A stretch of 64,000 nt of DNA, taken from positions 174,344,001-174,408,000 of the forward strand of contig NC_042998.1 of assembly GCF_006345805.1 (NCBI RefSeq), given 5' to 3'. This DNA comes from Octopus sinensis. Lineage: Eukaryota. Both the position numbers and the translations under genes were made by a program. The stretch's first letter is position 1. Each line of letters begins with the position of its first letter. The notes below the pieces were generated by a model. That model saw only the letters and a list, made by a program, of their open reading frames with translations. It had not been told where the DNA came from and did not search any database. This document shows positions 13,272 to 26,090 of the stretch, in pieces.

Positions 13272-13470
13272 GGAGGCGTAAAGGCCCAGTGGTTAGAGCA
13301 GTGGATTCGCGGTCGGAGGATCGCGGTTTCGATTCCCAGACCGGGCCTTGTGTGTGTTTATTGAGCGAAAACACTTAAAGCTCCACAATGCGCTGGTAGG
13401 GGGTGGTGGTGACCCCTGTTGTACTCTTTCGCCCTACCTTTCTCTCACTCTTTCTTCCTGTTTCTTGAGT
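13272..13470 (+). mobile_element. tRNA-derived SINE (H1+B1), 3'-truncated
   Basis: ggaggcgtaaaggcccagtggttagagcagtggattcgcggtc...gtttcgattcccagaccggg...ttgagcgaaaacac. Confidence 0.85.
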
Positions 13471-14399
13471 GACGTTCTCACTGTTACCCTACCGTCATTC
13501 TGCTTATCGTGTGCGTGATCTTACTGTGGAAAGATGACTCTTAGTTCACTGTTTCTCCTAAAATCTCTCACAGAGTTTGGGGTTGCAATATTTCTTCAAC
13601 TTAAAGTATTCAAGATGCAGTGTGTTTGATGAAAGAAGATATCTTGAAACTTCCTAGTATTGAATTCTAAGTCGTTCTCAAAAACCCAGCGATATAAAAT
13701 GTCGATGCGTTTCTTTAAGTTGTTGACATAATCAGAACTCTTAACCGAGTTTGAGCGTCCAGTATCAATAATTTAGCAAGAGAGAATCGAATAAACGTAG
13801 ATATCTCTAGCTAAACAGCGTGTGTGATAACTGTTTCAAACAGCAAAACAGGAACATCACTATCTCATTCGTATCGCTTATTAATGTGAATAAAAATCGG
13901 AAACCACTAATCAAAACATTTGATATTTTTAAAATAACAGTCAACGGATATGGATCCATTTTCTACAAGTTAAACTTCATTACATACGTAACTTTTATAC
14001 TATAATGAAAAAATGAGAGTTACATTAAAGCTTTTACTTTTGTTACATTTATGTTTTTGTTCACATAGAATAGTTAGTTAAGTTTTTCTTTTTTCCATTT
14101 GGTTTGTTTTGCCCAATTTTTTTCTTTTCTTTTATTCTGGGATAATTTTTGTAATATTGTTGTTTTTAATTGCTTCATAGGCTTTTTTTGTATTATTATT
14201 AGTAGTAGAAAATCATTTGATCTGTGGTGCTGTCAGACAATATTTTATCGACTCCGATTGAAAACGTCTGACGTTATATTAGCCAATTATAGTTAAAATT
14301 TATTCATGCCAAATATAAAAAGTACTATTAATGCCGGTAGGACACTGGTTTAACATGCACAATGCACTGTTTAACAACATCAAACACTTTTCTCAAGTA

Positions 14400-14572
14400 T
14401 AGGCGCAGGAGTAGCTGTGTGGGAAGTAACTTGCTTACCAACCACATGGTTCCGGGTTCAGTCCCACTGCGTGGCACCTTGTGCAAGTGTCTTCTACTAT
14501 AGCCTCGGGCCGACCAAAGCCTTGTGAGTAGATTTGGTGACGGAAACTGAAAGAAGCCTGTTGTATATATGT

Positions 14573-14632
<60 letters not shown>

Positions 14633-14654
14633 AGTATGTATGTATGTATGTATG

Positions 14655-14685
<31 letters not shown>

Positions 14686-14880
14686 GTATGTATGTATGTA
14701 GGTATGTATGTATGTATGTATGTATGTATGTATGTATGCGTTGTGTGTCTGTGTTTGTCCCCCAGCATCGCTTAACAACCGATGCTGGTGTGTTTAGGTC
14801 CCCGTAACTTAGCGGTTAGCAAAAGAGACCGATAGAATAAGTACTAGGCTTACAAAGAATAAGTCCTGGGGTCGACTAAA
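14400..14880 (+). mobile_element. SINE family A with expanded internal (TA)/(TG)/(TATG) microsatellite
   Basis: Head ggcgcaggagtagctgtgtgg...ggttcagtccc; body ccttgtgcaagtgtcttctactatagcctcgggccgacc; tail gatagaataagtactagg. Confidence 0.9.
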
Positions 14881-15239
14881 GATTATGCTTTTACCTAATG
14901 TCTCTGCCACTTTTAAGATAGTAATGTTTAGTTTGGGGGGAAGTTGGTTGCTACACCTACCAACTTTAGTGACCACTACTAAATCTGAGGAGTGGAGAAA
15001 AATTCCCTCACTAAAATACAGTTATTTCTGGGGCTTCGAAGCTTAGACCCCATTCATTTTATAGTAGATCCGCCACTGCGCACGTACTTATTCAAATATA
15101 CGTGCAAGCGCATACACACAAGCACACACATATATATAAGGTGTGTGTGTGTGTGTAGCAAAAAAATGAAGAAATATGTGCAACTACTACCTCAAATGCA
15201 GAAAACCTAAAGTAACTTATACGTTATTCAGTTGAGTTA

Positions 15240-15435
15240 CGAGAGTGTGCTAAAAAGTTCCTGTCGCGAAAAGCCTGGTTGGAGGCCCAACGTTCCAAGC
15301 TCTTTTAGAGGGCTTAGAAAAATTGAAGGGTCGCTGCAATAAGTGTGTGAGTCTGAGAAGAGATGTTGACTAAATCATAATTGATTCTCCTGTGTTTTCT
15401 TTTACACAAAGCCAGGAATTTTTCAGCACCCCTCG
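15240..15435. mobile_element. mariner-derived MITE with TIRs and TA target duplication
   Basis: TA|cgagagtgtgctaaaaagttcctg versus ccaggaatttttcagcacccctcg|TA; internal GLEKLKGRCNKCVSLR resembles a mariner transposase C-terminus. Confidence 0.75.
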
Positions 15436-15938
15436 TATGCTCTATTAAATTCTTATAGTTTTTATTGCCACATTGATAATTCTCCCAATAATCATTCCAT
15501 GTTGAGTAATTTTCGGAGCCGAAAACTGATATTCGTCTGGTGAGATATAAACGCACTTTATAGCGTAGTTTAGACCGGTCCGGTTGGTTTAATATAGCAG
15601 CCATGCTATATGTCCACCTGTCACAAGCAATACTTTTCATCAGTCACAAGCAATGCCTTTCGACCCCGCCTGCGGAAATGAATGTCCAAAGAAACAAATA
15701 TATCAGTGATGTGTTATTTGTTGTATCAATTCACTTTAGATTTATATCGTGATCCCTAGTAATTCGGCAAGGTGCATAAGATTAGCATGCTAATTTCGGA
15801 TAGAAATTAATGCTCATTAGAAATGCTGAACTTTTGCCTGTCAGTTTTTACAGAAATTACCGTAGGAATCAGTGGCTGATTCTGAAAAATAGTAATGTGA
15901 AAATTATATAATAATTAAGGTGACTAGACGCAATTCAA

Positions 15939-15994
<56 letters not shown>

Positions 15995-17173
15995 CTTACT
16001 TCAAAACGATCTAGAGTAAAGAGCCCTGAGGAAACTGCACTGACTATGGTCCAAGGTTGCATATCCAACACTATGCAGTCACTGCAGTTGAAACACGTGT
16101 ATGTCCCGAGATTATCTTGTAAATAACTACTAAATAAATTCTATGGATGTGAAAAATCATTAATGTACAATTAATATAAAATAAAGCTGAAGGAAGTGAA
16201 CAAAATATATAGTGCGTGTGTTTTCATTGGCTAAACTGGCAACATGACCGTCTCCAAATACAATAACATATATATATATATATATATATTCTATAAGGTT
16301 TTTTCTGTTCTAATATTGATATGTTCCACAACGATTTGTTTCATTTACTAAGCTTGAAAAGTCTTCCTGTAGATGCATGATGCGATATGTGGCCACATTT
16401 ATGTTCTCTATATAATTTCCTATTGCAATTTATAACAATTAACTTCTGTCTATTGCAACAGGTGTCGTTTTGCTGCACGTAATTGGCATGATTTTATTAG
16501 TCCCTCAATGAAGTCATCACGTCATCTGTTCGAATTGCATGGATTTTGATAAATGGAAAAAGACATTTTGTGAAGTTAATTAAAAGTTGGGATGATTGTT
16601 TGTGAATTTTATCGATATTTTGATTACCCTGCTACAAATTCCACTGGGAAATAGTTCTTTTTCTTTTCCATTAGCCAATGGTTTTTCTGTTGTTTCTTTC
16701 GCATCTACATTTATATTTCTTAGTTATCGCTGTTGAAAGGGCATTTCAATACTTTTATCAAATTAATTTACTTAAAATTTATTTTACGTTTCTTTTATTG
16801 CATTGCATAGCCAAAGAGGGATAAATTAGTATTGACGAATCAAATTTAGTTAATTGTCTTGCAAAACAATATTCAGTCAATGCATGTGTGTATTTAGGAA
16901 CTCTTAATATAAATGACTGTATAACATATGAATATATGTATGTATTTGATCTTTGTGTGTGGATCTTAGTAATGTTCATTTAGTTCCTGCTCGCATTACT
17001 CAGCTCAAATTAAGAAGTGGTATATTATAAAATATATATAATCGCTCGTATTAAATATATAAATACTTTAATAGTATTAATACTTTGATACAATAGAGTA
17101 CTCAATATAAATTGAGTATATAATATTCTCATTGAATATATGTAACCAAAGATTCATATATATATATATATAT

Positions 17174-17288
17174 GACCTGCTCGCTTAGCCAGCGCGGTGG
17201 CGTCATTTGAAGGCTAAAACAATGCGAAGCGCATTGTGACCAGCGATGTGTAACAACATCTGATAGCCTGGTCAGTCACGGTGACGGT

Positions 17289-17290
<2 letters not shown>
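17174..17290. repeat. About 116-bp structured element embedded in (TA)n, copy 1
   Basis: Closely similar to 30284..30400; flanked by (TA)n on both sides. Confidence 0.85.
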
Positions 17291-17339
<49 letters not shown>

Positions 17340-17343
<4 letters not shown>

Positions 17344-18640
17344 TTGCTTTATCTGGAGCTGGATACGACCAGGAAATCACTTTCCTAGATCTTGATAATA
17401 TAAATCTTTCAAATGATAAAATGAATGAAAATAGCTCAAATAATATAGAATCTTCTACTTTAAAAAATATAAATCAACCAAAACGAGTAACCTAGTATAT
17501 AAACCCGATACAATAAACAGAGATAAAATAAATATAAATAATAATATAAAAATGTCTCCCACTTATAAAAAACTAATAAATATAAATATAAGATTAAAGA
17601 GAATAGCGAATCCCTAAAGGATATAGATAACATTAATGTTTCCCACCCTTACTCAACTAAAAAAATTCAAAAGAAAATATGTTGTATAGCTAAATATCCC
17701 CTTCAACTGGTCAATTTCTACGAACATATACGGCAAATTTATGTCCATACTAGAAAAAAACTTCCCTGCTTCCCATAAATATTATAAAATAATTTCTAGT
17801 AAATCAGTGAGAATATTATACTCTACTCTTCCAAATATGGGTACCATAATAGCTAGACTAAATAGAAAAAAAAATTAAGTTAGCTAGAAATAGAATAAAT
17901 AGTAACAAGAAGAAGAAGGAGAAGAAGAAGAAGAAGAAGAAGAAGAAGAAGAAGAAGAAGAAGAAGAAGAAGAAGATTAATATAAACAAGAATAATAATA
18001 TAAATGATAATAATAAAAATGTGGAAAGTGAGGAAATTAGGCAAAGATTAGTAACAAACAACCCTAACTTACATAACAATATAATTATAGACAAGAGGAA
18101 TAACACTAATAATAGTACTAGCTCTAGTAATGAAAATGAAAACAGCTTGTTCCTAAATAATGCTAATATCAGGAATCATCCCCCTAGTGGTAATTGTAGA
18201 ACTAGATCAAAATGTCCGGTATCTGGTCGTTCTGTGGTTCGAAATGTAATTTATAAATTTACAATAATGACTTTAAATAATAGCTATCTTTATTTCGGAT
18301 GTTCGCTAGGCCTACAGAAATGTTTGAACAATCATTTTTCTTTTTTCAGACTTAAACATAAGGCGGGTTGCACAACGCTGTCCAGTAAAATTTGGGAACT
18401 GAAAGAAAAAAATATCGAATGGGATATAATAAGGATATAATAATGGGATATAATAAGAAAGGCACAGCCTTATAAAAATAGTAGGGATTGATGTGAACTT
18501 TGTTCTATGGAGACATATGAAATTTTGAAACATAGGAATAATACAAACTTATTGAATAACCGTTCTGAACTGGGAGTATCCTGCATATATTGTGCCACCC
18601 GTACTTTTAAATATTTTAAATAATAGCATTCTGACTATTC
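17340..18640 (+). pseudogene. Decayed Penelope-like retroelement (RT C-terminus to GIY-YIG endonuclease)
   Basis: Fragments PPFNWSISTNIYGKFMSILEKNFPASHKYYKIIS...YSTLPNMGTII, then GNCRTRSKCPVSG...NVIYK...YFG...NHFSFF...TTLSSKIWELKEKNIEW...AQPY...CELC; interrupted by (AAG)n at about 17905-17975. Confidence 0.85.
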
Positions 18641-19717
18641 CTAAATTTTCAAATCTTAATGTTTTGTAACCAAATAAGGAATTGATATCCCATACTAGCT
18701 TTTATTTAACCTGCATAGTTTTACTAAGAAATTTCATTATATAAATAAATTTGAATATAGTGAAATTAGAATTTTTTATACTCTCCTATATGGGATTGCA
18801 AAAAATTCTATATATCTAGGGAAATTATTTTGGTTCATCTTGATTACCTCCCTTCCATTACTTTTTAATATATCTTTTTGACTCCTGATATATGTGCTAA
18901 ATTGATAAGGGTTTTTTTTCCACAGTTAGTAAATATTATGTCTAGTATATTCTTTTGATTCAACTCATTAATAAATTAATAAAATAAATTACTATTTACT
19001 ACCTAACTATGATTCTATATTAATAGAAATGGATATATATATATAATTATATAAATATGAAATGATTTCTATATTTTCTATCCCTATATAAGATACTAAT
19101 ATTTATTGGAATCCTTTGGAAAATTATTTAAAGGATATTTATTTAAAACTCACAATATAGAATTTGGCTGTGTCTCTTTCATTTAATCTCGCCCCTCCTT
19201 ATTTCTTCTATCTCTCTGCGTCTACCTCTCTCTCTTCTCTCCCCACGTGACCGGTGTTCGGCTAGGCCTGACCCTTCTTTCTTGGTTCGACTACCATCCG
19301 TGCAACATCTATATTCCTCCCTGTGCCTGCTAAATCATATGTCCTTGCCGTAAGGCTTTACTTCCACAAACGCCAGCTTAATTTAATTCTTCCTTAGTCG
19401 AAAGAAACCTGGTGTTGTGTCCTGTTAATTGCATTAGTATTTGTCTAACATTTCTCTGGGCTGTTTTTTTCTGTCCTTGATTTCGTATACGTTCGCTGCT
19501 TTCTTCCAAAGAATCTCATGTTTTTAGCTTTGTTATTCCTTAGGGCTGGCCAGATTGGAACAATCTCGAGTATAACCAGCGGAAATTGCAAAGATAATCT
19601 GGAACTCGAGTGGGAATATTGAACTCCGAATGACCCGTCCTTGTTTTCTTTGTATCGTCTATCTGGATGTTTTGTTATCCTTTTTTTGTATCACCTAACT
19701 GTCTGGATGTATTTTCG

Positions 19718-19756
<39 letters not shown>

Positions 19757-19805
19757 TTCGCCATGATAGATCACTAGCCAATACACACATTTTTCTCTCC
19801 TTATT

Positions 19806-19843
19806 TCTTTCTGTGGAAGAGCGTAGGCTCGAAACGTTAAAGA
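19806..19843 (+). ncRNA. Minimal type I hammerhead-like motif (CUGUGGA core) in a (TA)n-flanked element of about 19756..19930
   Basis: TCTTT CTGTGGA A GAGC GTAG GCTC GAAAC GTT AAAGA: stem I 5 bp, stem II 4 bp, palindromic ACGT stem III; A6 is U. Confidence 0.55.
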
Positions 19844-19928
19844 CTTTTTCAATTCCCGAGCGTTATATCAATACATCTGTTTGTTTTCTGCACCACTTGT
19901 TTTCGTCTTTTGTTTTTTCACTCCTTTG

Positions 19929-19975
<47 letters not shown>

Positions 19976-20102
19976 TGTATGTATGTATGTATGTATGTAT
20001 GTATGTATGTATGTATGTATGTATATATATATATATATTGGTAAAAACGGTAAGATAACAAAAGAAAGAAAGAGACCTCAATATTATGTATATAGAAGAT
20101 TT

Positions 20103-20303
20103 ATCTGTAAAATATGTGATAATTATTCGGTAGCGAAGATAAAACTCTGAATTTCGGATGCCGAGGTGGAAATCCACACCACCATCTTTTCGTTGTCTGG
20201 CCAGATAACCGAAGAGATGGTTGGTGTGGATTTCCACCTCGGCATCCGAAACTCAGAGTTTTATCTTGGCTACCGAATAATTATCACATATTATTTTACA
20301 GAT
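20103..20303. repeat. Near-perfect 200-bp palindrome (fold-back) centred at 20200/20201
   Basis: Left arm atctgtaaaatatgtgataattattcggtagc...tctgg is the reverse complement of ccaga...gctaccgaataattatcacatatt...acagat with few mismatches. Confidence 0.95.
20201..20269 (+). ncRNA. Type I hammerhead-like motif in the right arm of the palindrome (U4 is C)
   Basis: CCAGATAA CCGAAGA GATG...CATC C GAAAC TCAGA GTT TTATCTTGG: stem I GATAA/TTATC, stem II GATG/CATC plus GTGGA/TCCAC, stem III ACTC/GAGT. Confidence 0.55.
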
Positions 20304-20369
20304 TTATATATATATTTATATATATATATAAATATATATACAGTGTTTCAAGCTTATTAGAAGGCTATC

Positions 20370-20525
20370 AGTTTTAAGGGTAGGAGGTTTTTCGACATCC
20401 ACGACCTTAGTCTGTTACTTATTCTATCAGTCCCGATGATCTCAGCAGGATTTGAACTCGAAATGTAGAACCGGAACACATAGCGCAAAGAATTTTCCCA
20501 ACGCTCGAAATATTCGTCCAATCCT
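20370..20525 (-). mobile_element. SINE-like repeat, family B, diverged
   Basis: Minus strand gives ...cgagttcaaatcctgctgag...gatagaataagtaac. Confidence 0.5.
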
Positions 20526-20534
20526 TTGCTAATA

Positions 20535-20566
<32 letters not shown>

Positions 20567-20613
20567 CCTCTCTCTTCTCTCTCTCTCTCTCTCTCGCTAT
20601 ATATATTATATAT

Positions 20614-20649
<36 letters not shown>

Positions 20650-20650
<1 letters not shown>

Positions 20651-20935
20651 CAGTAACAAAAGGGTGAAATTAATTAATTTGGAATAATTATTAATTACAC
20701 CAAGTAGATTTCGGCATGTAAAAGCCTCATTCGAGGAAAATTTAAGTAATACTAAGCAATTAAGGGTTTAGCAACGAATTGCCTCACCACACACCGAATT
20801 TAGAAATAGCAGTCAAAGAGTTATAGCTATTCTTTCTACTAAAAGGGAGATCTCAGTAAAAACACAGCACTTGAAAGGATATTTCTAAATTCGGTGTGTG
20901 GTGAGGCAATTCGTTGCTAAACCCTTAATTGCTTA

Positions 20936-20938
<3 letters not shown>
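20650..20938. repeat. Diverged relative of the 563-bp array unit, with a perfect 59-bp inverted repeat
   Basis: gggtgaaattaattaatt...caccaagt...aagggtttag...tagaaatagcagtcaaa aligns by eye to 33195-33350; arms about 20750-20808 and 20880-20938; flanked by (TA)n. Confidence 0.75.
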
Positions 20939-20991
<53 letters not shown>

Positions 20992-21859
20992 TGTGTGTAT
21001 GTGTGTAAATATATATATATGTATGTACGTGTGTATATGTATGTATGTATATATGCATGTATGTGTATGTGCATACATGTATACATAATCCATACATAAA
21101 TACATACATACATAAATAAATGTATGTGTTAGTATGAGCGTATGTGTGTGCTCCTGCACGCGCGCATGCGTGTATGTGTCTCTGTGTCTCTGCGTACATC
21201 ATTCACATGAATTACTTCTATTTCCGCATCTTTAGGTCTTTTTACCTTGCTCAGTATTATATCTCTTTATATATTTATCTTCCGCTAGTTTTAATATTGT
21301 TATCGGAGTTCCTTCTCTATTTTTTTCTTTCGTTCTTCATCTCCCTTCAGAATATTTTGACCACACTATTTTAAATATGTTAAATATTCACGTATTTCAT
21401 TTTTTCCCTCACATTTGTTGAAATTTTTATTTTTATTTTTCCTTAATTTCTTCGAGATTTTTAATTCTTACATTTTCTATTTAGTTTTTAATTGATAGAT
21501 GATAGTATTCATTCCAGATATATGTTTATTCAGCATGGGAATCTTTTACATGTAACAATCAATAATTATCAATGATATTCTGATGTTATTCCGCTGAGTA
21601 CAGTTATGGATAATCTTTATCCATTCTCTAATATGTATATGGTTTGCAGCAATTTCAAAAAACACTCAAGAGAAAATTTTGAAATCTATCGAGCGGAAGC
21701 AGAGGTGCGAGTCCATATATAGATACGTCATCTTTTATATAGAAGCACATATACATGCATCCACAAGCACTCACATACACAAACACGTACGCACATATAG
21801 ACTTACAAACACACATGCATATGCATGTAGGTATGTGGGTGTACACTTCTATTTTAAAT

Positions 21860-22500
21860 TATTTAAAGTTTTCATGCAAGAAAAGAGCTGATTTGTTAAA
21901 AAGATACAAAGATACAAAGATACAAAATCTCCATCGCTGGAACGACAAAATTTTTTCATATGTCGAACTTGAGAAAAGTCTTGCATATCTTTACTGTTCC
22001 GCTTGCAGATTTTATTTGTAATGTGCATGCTAGCTAATTGACTTCTTATTCCTTGTAACTCTAAATTTTCCACATTGTCACTTCGACATTTACATAGAAA
22101 ACTATGTGCACCAATTTTTGTTGATGTAAATCTAAATTTATAGTCTGGGTATAGATGCTGAAGATTTCGAAGCGGCTGTCCGTAATTATCCTCATTCTCT
22201 TTCCGAAAAAATATTCACACCAGGAGGGTAGCTGAACTCTGTGAGGGTGCATAGTCTTTTATTGGGTTGTTTGTTTTTTGTTTTATTTTTTGGGCGGACG
22301 GGGGTATCTGTACTAAACAACCGTATCCATCGTGATACGGCTACACTTGGTAGAAGTGTTTATGAAAATGTTCCACCAATATTTCTAGTGCTAATGTTTA
22401 TGTATGTATTCAATAACAAGATTATTCTCTATAGTTATGCCAGGACACTGGAACAGTCATTTTTCGGGTGGTACTGCATATTGTTTTAATACCAACGTCA
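21860..22500 (-). mobile_element. 3' part of an RLE-type non-LTR retrotransposon (CA-microsatellite-associated family)
   Basis: Minus: agaaatattggtggaacatt, ggataattacggacagccgcttcgaaatcttcagc, ggaacagtaaagatatgcaagacttttctcaagtt; homologous to 44700-45260. Confidence 0.7.
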
Positions 22501-22929
22501 CGATGAATTGAAACTTTTATGATATTTTTGAGCAGTTGCTTATCACATGTAAATTGCTTATCACATGTAAGATGTCTTCCACAGTATTGTGATATAATTG
22601 ATATGAGCAGTTGCAGCTTGAAACTCCAAGGAATTCACTGTTTCTTTTGTTTATTATTTTATAGTGATTCCTTAGTCTTCGATTGCAAGAGCATAGCTTT
22701 CGAAGTGCGATGTAGTGTAGTAACAGTGAGTACAAAGACGGTTGCATATCATGTCGATATTAGTGCCGTGTGCAAGTTTCGAGAAGCATACTTGTGCATC
22801 GTCCTTCTTTTTTATTCCAAAGGTTTCACATTCAGGCCTTCTTCGGGCTATTTTGATATTGAATGCGGGCAATTTCTGAGGGGCACAGTACTGACGTGGA
22901 ATATTGCTCTCTTCGTTTTTCAGCTCTAA

Positions 22930-22963
<34 letters not shown>

Positions 22964-23479
22964 GTGTGTGTGTGTGTGTGCGTGTATGTGTGTGTGTGTG
23001 TGTGTAAGTTAAGGTTCAAGGATTAAGATACAGGAAGTTAGTAAACTTCGAGCTGTCCGTAGAAGGTATATAAAAAAAAACAACTTTCAAGAACAATAGT
23101 GGTTTATTGGCGTAAAAGGTTGTAAAGTTCGGGTTGCTGTGTATACGAATAAAAGTGGAAAATTAGGGAATGGAGTAGATAAAATCCAGGCTACATGTGT
23201 TTCATAGCTAGCAGAACCTCGGAAATAGTAATTATCCAAACGAGGTGAAATCAGCTGGCTAATCGTCGGGTCAAAAATACCTTAATCAGATGAAAAGTTT
23301 CATAGTCGTCAAGGAATCTCATACTAACTCGTAAGAGACTTGATCGAGAATGCGTGGAAAGCACAAAGTGAGAGAACAAAGGGAAAACATATTTGTGAAG
23401 AAATAATACATAAATAATGTACATAATTTCTCATCTCTTAAATATAGAACTGTAAAAGAGGGCAATTTCAAAAAAGAAA

Positions 23480-23680
23480 TGGCTGCACGAATTATTAGCA
23501 CGCCGCATTTCGTCCGGCTTCACGTAATGAGTTCAAATGATGCTGAGGTCGACTCTGCTTTTTATACTTTCGAGGTCAATGAAATAAGTACCAGTAAACT
23601 ACTGAGGTCGATGTTGTCGACTAGCCCTCCCCAAAACTTTCAGCCTTTTGCCTACAGTAGAAACGATTATTGCTGTTATT
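23480..23680 (+). mobile_element. SINE-like repeat, family B
   Basis: gagttcaaatgatgctgaggtcgactctgc...gaggtcaatgaaataagtaccagt...gtcgactagccctcccc. Confidence 0.75.
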
Positions 23681-24279
23681 GTTGCATCTGATGTGAAAAG
23701 GTAGGCGACTTTGTCGTTTGTGAAATTCTTTAATCCTCTAACTTGTTTAAGTGAAAGAAAAAAAAATCTTTTTTTTTTTAAGTATCTTCTTTAGAGACAT
23801 TTTCTGGAATATATCTCGATGACTCTTCCCAATGATGAGGTAAAATAAATAGCCATTTTATGAATTTTTAAATAATTGTTTTTTCCGTTTACATTCAACC
23901 TAAAAAATGTCTACTACACGATAGAGATACCGCCCACCAAAATTCAATACAATATAACAGAACAGGAAACTAACCGGAAAAAGAAAGGAAGTCAATTTAA
24001 TCACAGCAAGATGTGAATATTTTATAAGGAGAAAAGATAATGTATTTGCAGCAGACGCGAACATAAAGCAAATATTAGATATAGTATAGCAAACAACACA
24101 ATACACACGCACAAGTGTTTTCTTTACTTAGCGGGAATAACTCACACACGTGTTTCGCCAAGCGTCCGTTTGTCTGAGGTAGCTTAGACAGATGACGCTT
24201 GAATGTGAATTATGCGTCGGAGAAAAAAATCTGTTTAACAGAAACTAATAACAGAATACACATCTGTTACACTAAAAGA

Positions 24280-24410
24280 TATAGGCGACGTTAACCTTGG
24301 CTCTGTCATCCATTCGGGGATGATAAAATAAAGTTCCAGTCAAGTATTGGGATCGATTTAGTCGACTGTACTCTTTCCTAAATTTCTAGACTTATGTATT
24401 TATTAGAAGT
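24280..24410 (+). mobile_element. SINE-like repeat, family B, partial
   Basis: catccattcggggatgataaaataaagttccagtcaagtattgggatcgatttagtcgact. Confidence 0.55.
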
Positions 24411-25225
24411 TATTTCTAACAGTATTGCGTCACTAAACACTGAGTTGATAGATTTGGTCGAGGCAACTTTTTGGAAAGAGTCTCTATTTATCACTATTGT
24501 TATTGGATCTACAAGTAGATATCCTTTTTTTTTTGCATAACAGATTGTTTTTATTTGAAAATATTAAGGAAACACTGCAGCTAAGGGGTGTCAGCAATCT
24601 CAGACATTTTACTTAAAATCTTAATATAAGAAAACCTAAATTTTGGAAACATTGCATATCCCTCTTTTCTCACTTCTCTCACCTCTTTAACTCCCTCCAA
24701 TGTCATTCTCAAATGTAGTGCAGTCTAATTAAGAGAGATATGAACAAAACTCAGTATCTGCAGTTTATAAATTTTAGAAACCTGATAGCATTGGCTATTT
24801 CCACTGTTGTCAAAAACTTTGAACCTGAACTAGGAGTCTTTTGAAATACAGAATCCGAAAATGACGTCCCTTAATTACCATCACATCAAGATTTTAATAT
24901 ACTGGATTCATAGAATTTCACTTTTTTTCTCAATAAGACAGCTTATGAGAAACAAAGCATAACATACAAACATATAGAGAAGTTGGCTTTTCTACAAAGC
25001 CAGAATGTTTTCTTAAAATTCTACTGAGAAACTAGTAAAAATCTTAAAATTTCTAGACAAATTACATCATTGTTTATACTCAATGTCCCATGAATTTGCG
25101 TTTGGATGATTATCTTAAGTGCCGAACCTCAGGAATATCCCGATCAATAGTCCACTATCATAGGCAAGTCTCGTCTGCCGTGATAGCTTTCTTGAATTGA
25201 TGAGGAAGAGTGTTTATTTGTAGTT

Positions 25226-25515
25226 AGGGTGTTCGGCTCATCATCGTAAGGTCATGTGTGCGATTTCCGGCGGTGCGTTGTGTCCTTGAGCAAGACATTT
25301 TACTTTTTGTTACTCCAGTCCACTCAGCTAGCAAAAATGAGGGGTACACGTAATTCAAAGGGCTGGCCTTGTCATATTCTGTGTCATGCTGATTCTCCCT
25401 GAGAACAGCGTTAACGGTGCGCGCGTCTGTGGCGTGCTCAGCCACTTGCACGTTAATTTCACGAGCTGGCTGTTCGGTTGATCGTATCAACTTGATCAAT
25501 TACCTTCATAACCGA
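25226..25515 (+). mobile_element. tRNA-derived SINE (H2 + B2 + tail T1)
   Basis: 5' half matches 1172..1425 (gttgtgtccttgagcaagac...ctccagtccactcagc); 3' half matches 5880-6040 (tcaaagggctggccttgtca...gtgctcagccacttgcacgttaatttcacgagc). Confidence 0.8.
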
Positions 25516-25799
25516 TAAAGAGCAAAGGCCATTGATTTTATGTCCCGAGAGAAGCGCTCTCCCTGCTCGTCACTTGTGTCAGGAAAATTTTCAAGGAAAT
25601 TTTCAAGGAATCAAGTTGATCGTGGAGATAATGCAGTTTTATGCTCGTATTTGCTCGTAACTTTTGAAAGATCAGCAGCATTTTATCGACTATTTCGTCA
25701 TAGCTGGCTGCTTTCGTGTTGTCCAGAAAGTCATTTACAACTATTACAAACGGATTTCATGTTGCCGCTTCGATGCAATTCACTGAATTTATAAAGTTT

Positions 25800-26090
25800 C
25801 CATTTCCCATCACTTATCTGATTTGAGGCACATTAAATACTCCAGATCTTATCTTTTCATTGTTCAGACCGGGAAATGTGCTGCAGATATAGTGAAAGCA
25901 TGGTCCATCTTTATCCAGTGCTTTAAAAATTGCTTTATAATTTTTTGATGTGAGGTGGAGGTAAGATTATTTTTCCCGTTCAACTAAAGGCTCTTCAACC
26001 ACATTTAAAAAATCCTTATCGCATTCCAATAGAACATCTTGATCAGCCGACCCTTGTAAACCTTGACTAAACATGTTCAGCATCTTACCC
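25800..26090 (-). pseudogene. Chapaev3 (CMC)-like DNA transposase fragment
   Basis: Frameshifted minus translation PLVERE/KIILPPPHIK/...FKALDKDGPCFHYICSTFPGLNNEKIRSGVFNVPQIR resembles the PPLHIKLGL...KAL...FP...KIK.GIF.GPQIR motif; superfamily name recalled, not verified. Confidence 0.55.

Noticed and set aside
16400-16700. Possible gag zinc-knuckle remnant on minus
   Set aside because: Spacing is wrong and there are many stops; not distinguishable from chance
23285-23320. TTGACGA-CTAT-GAAAC on minus
   Set aside because: No stem II, no NUH site and no stem I
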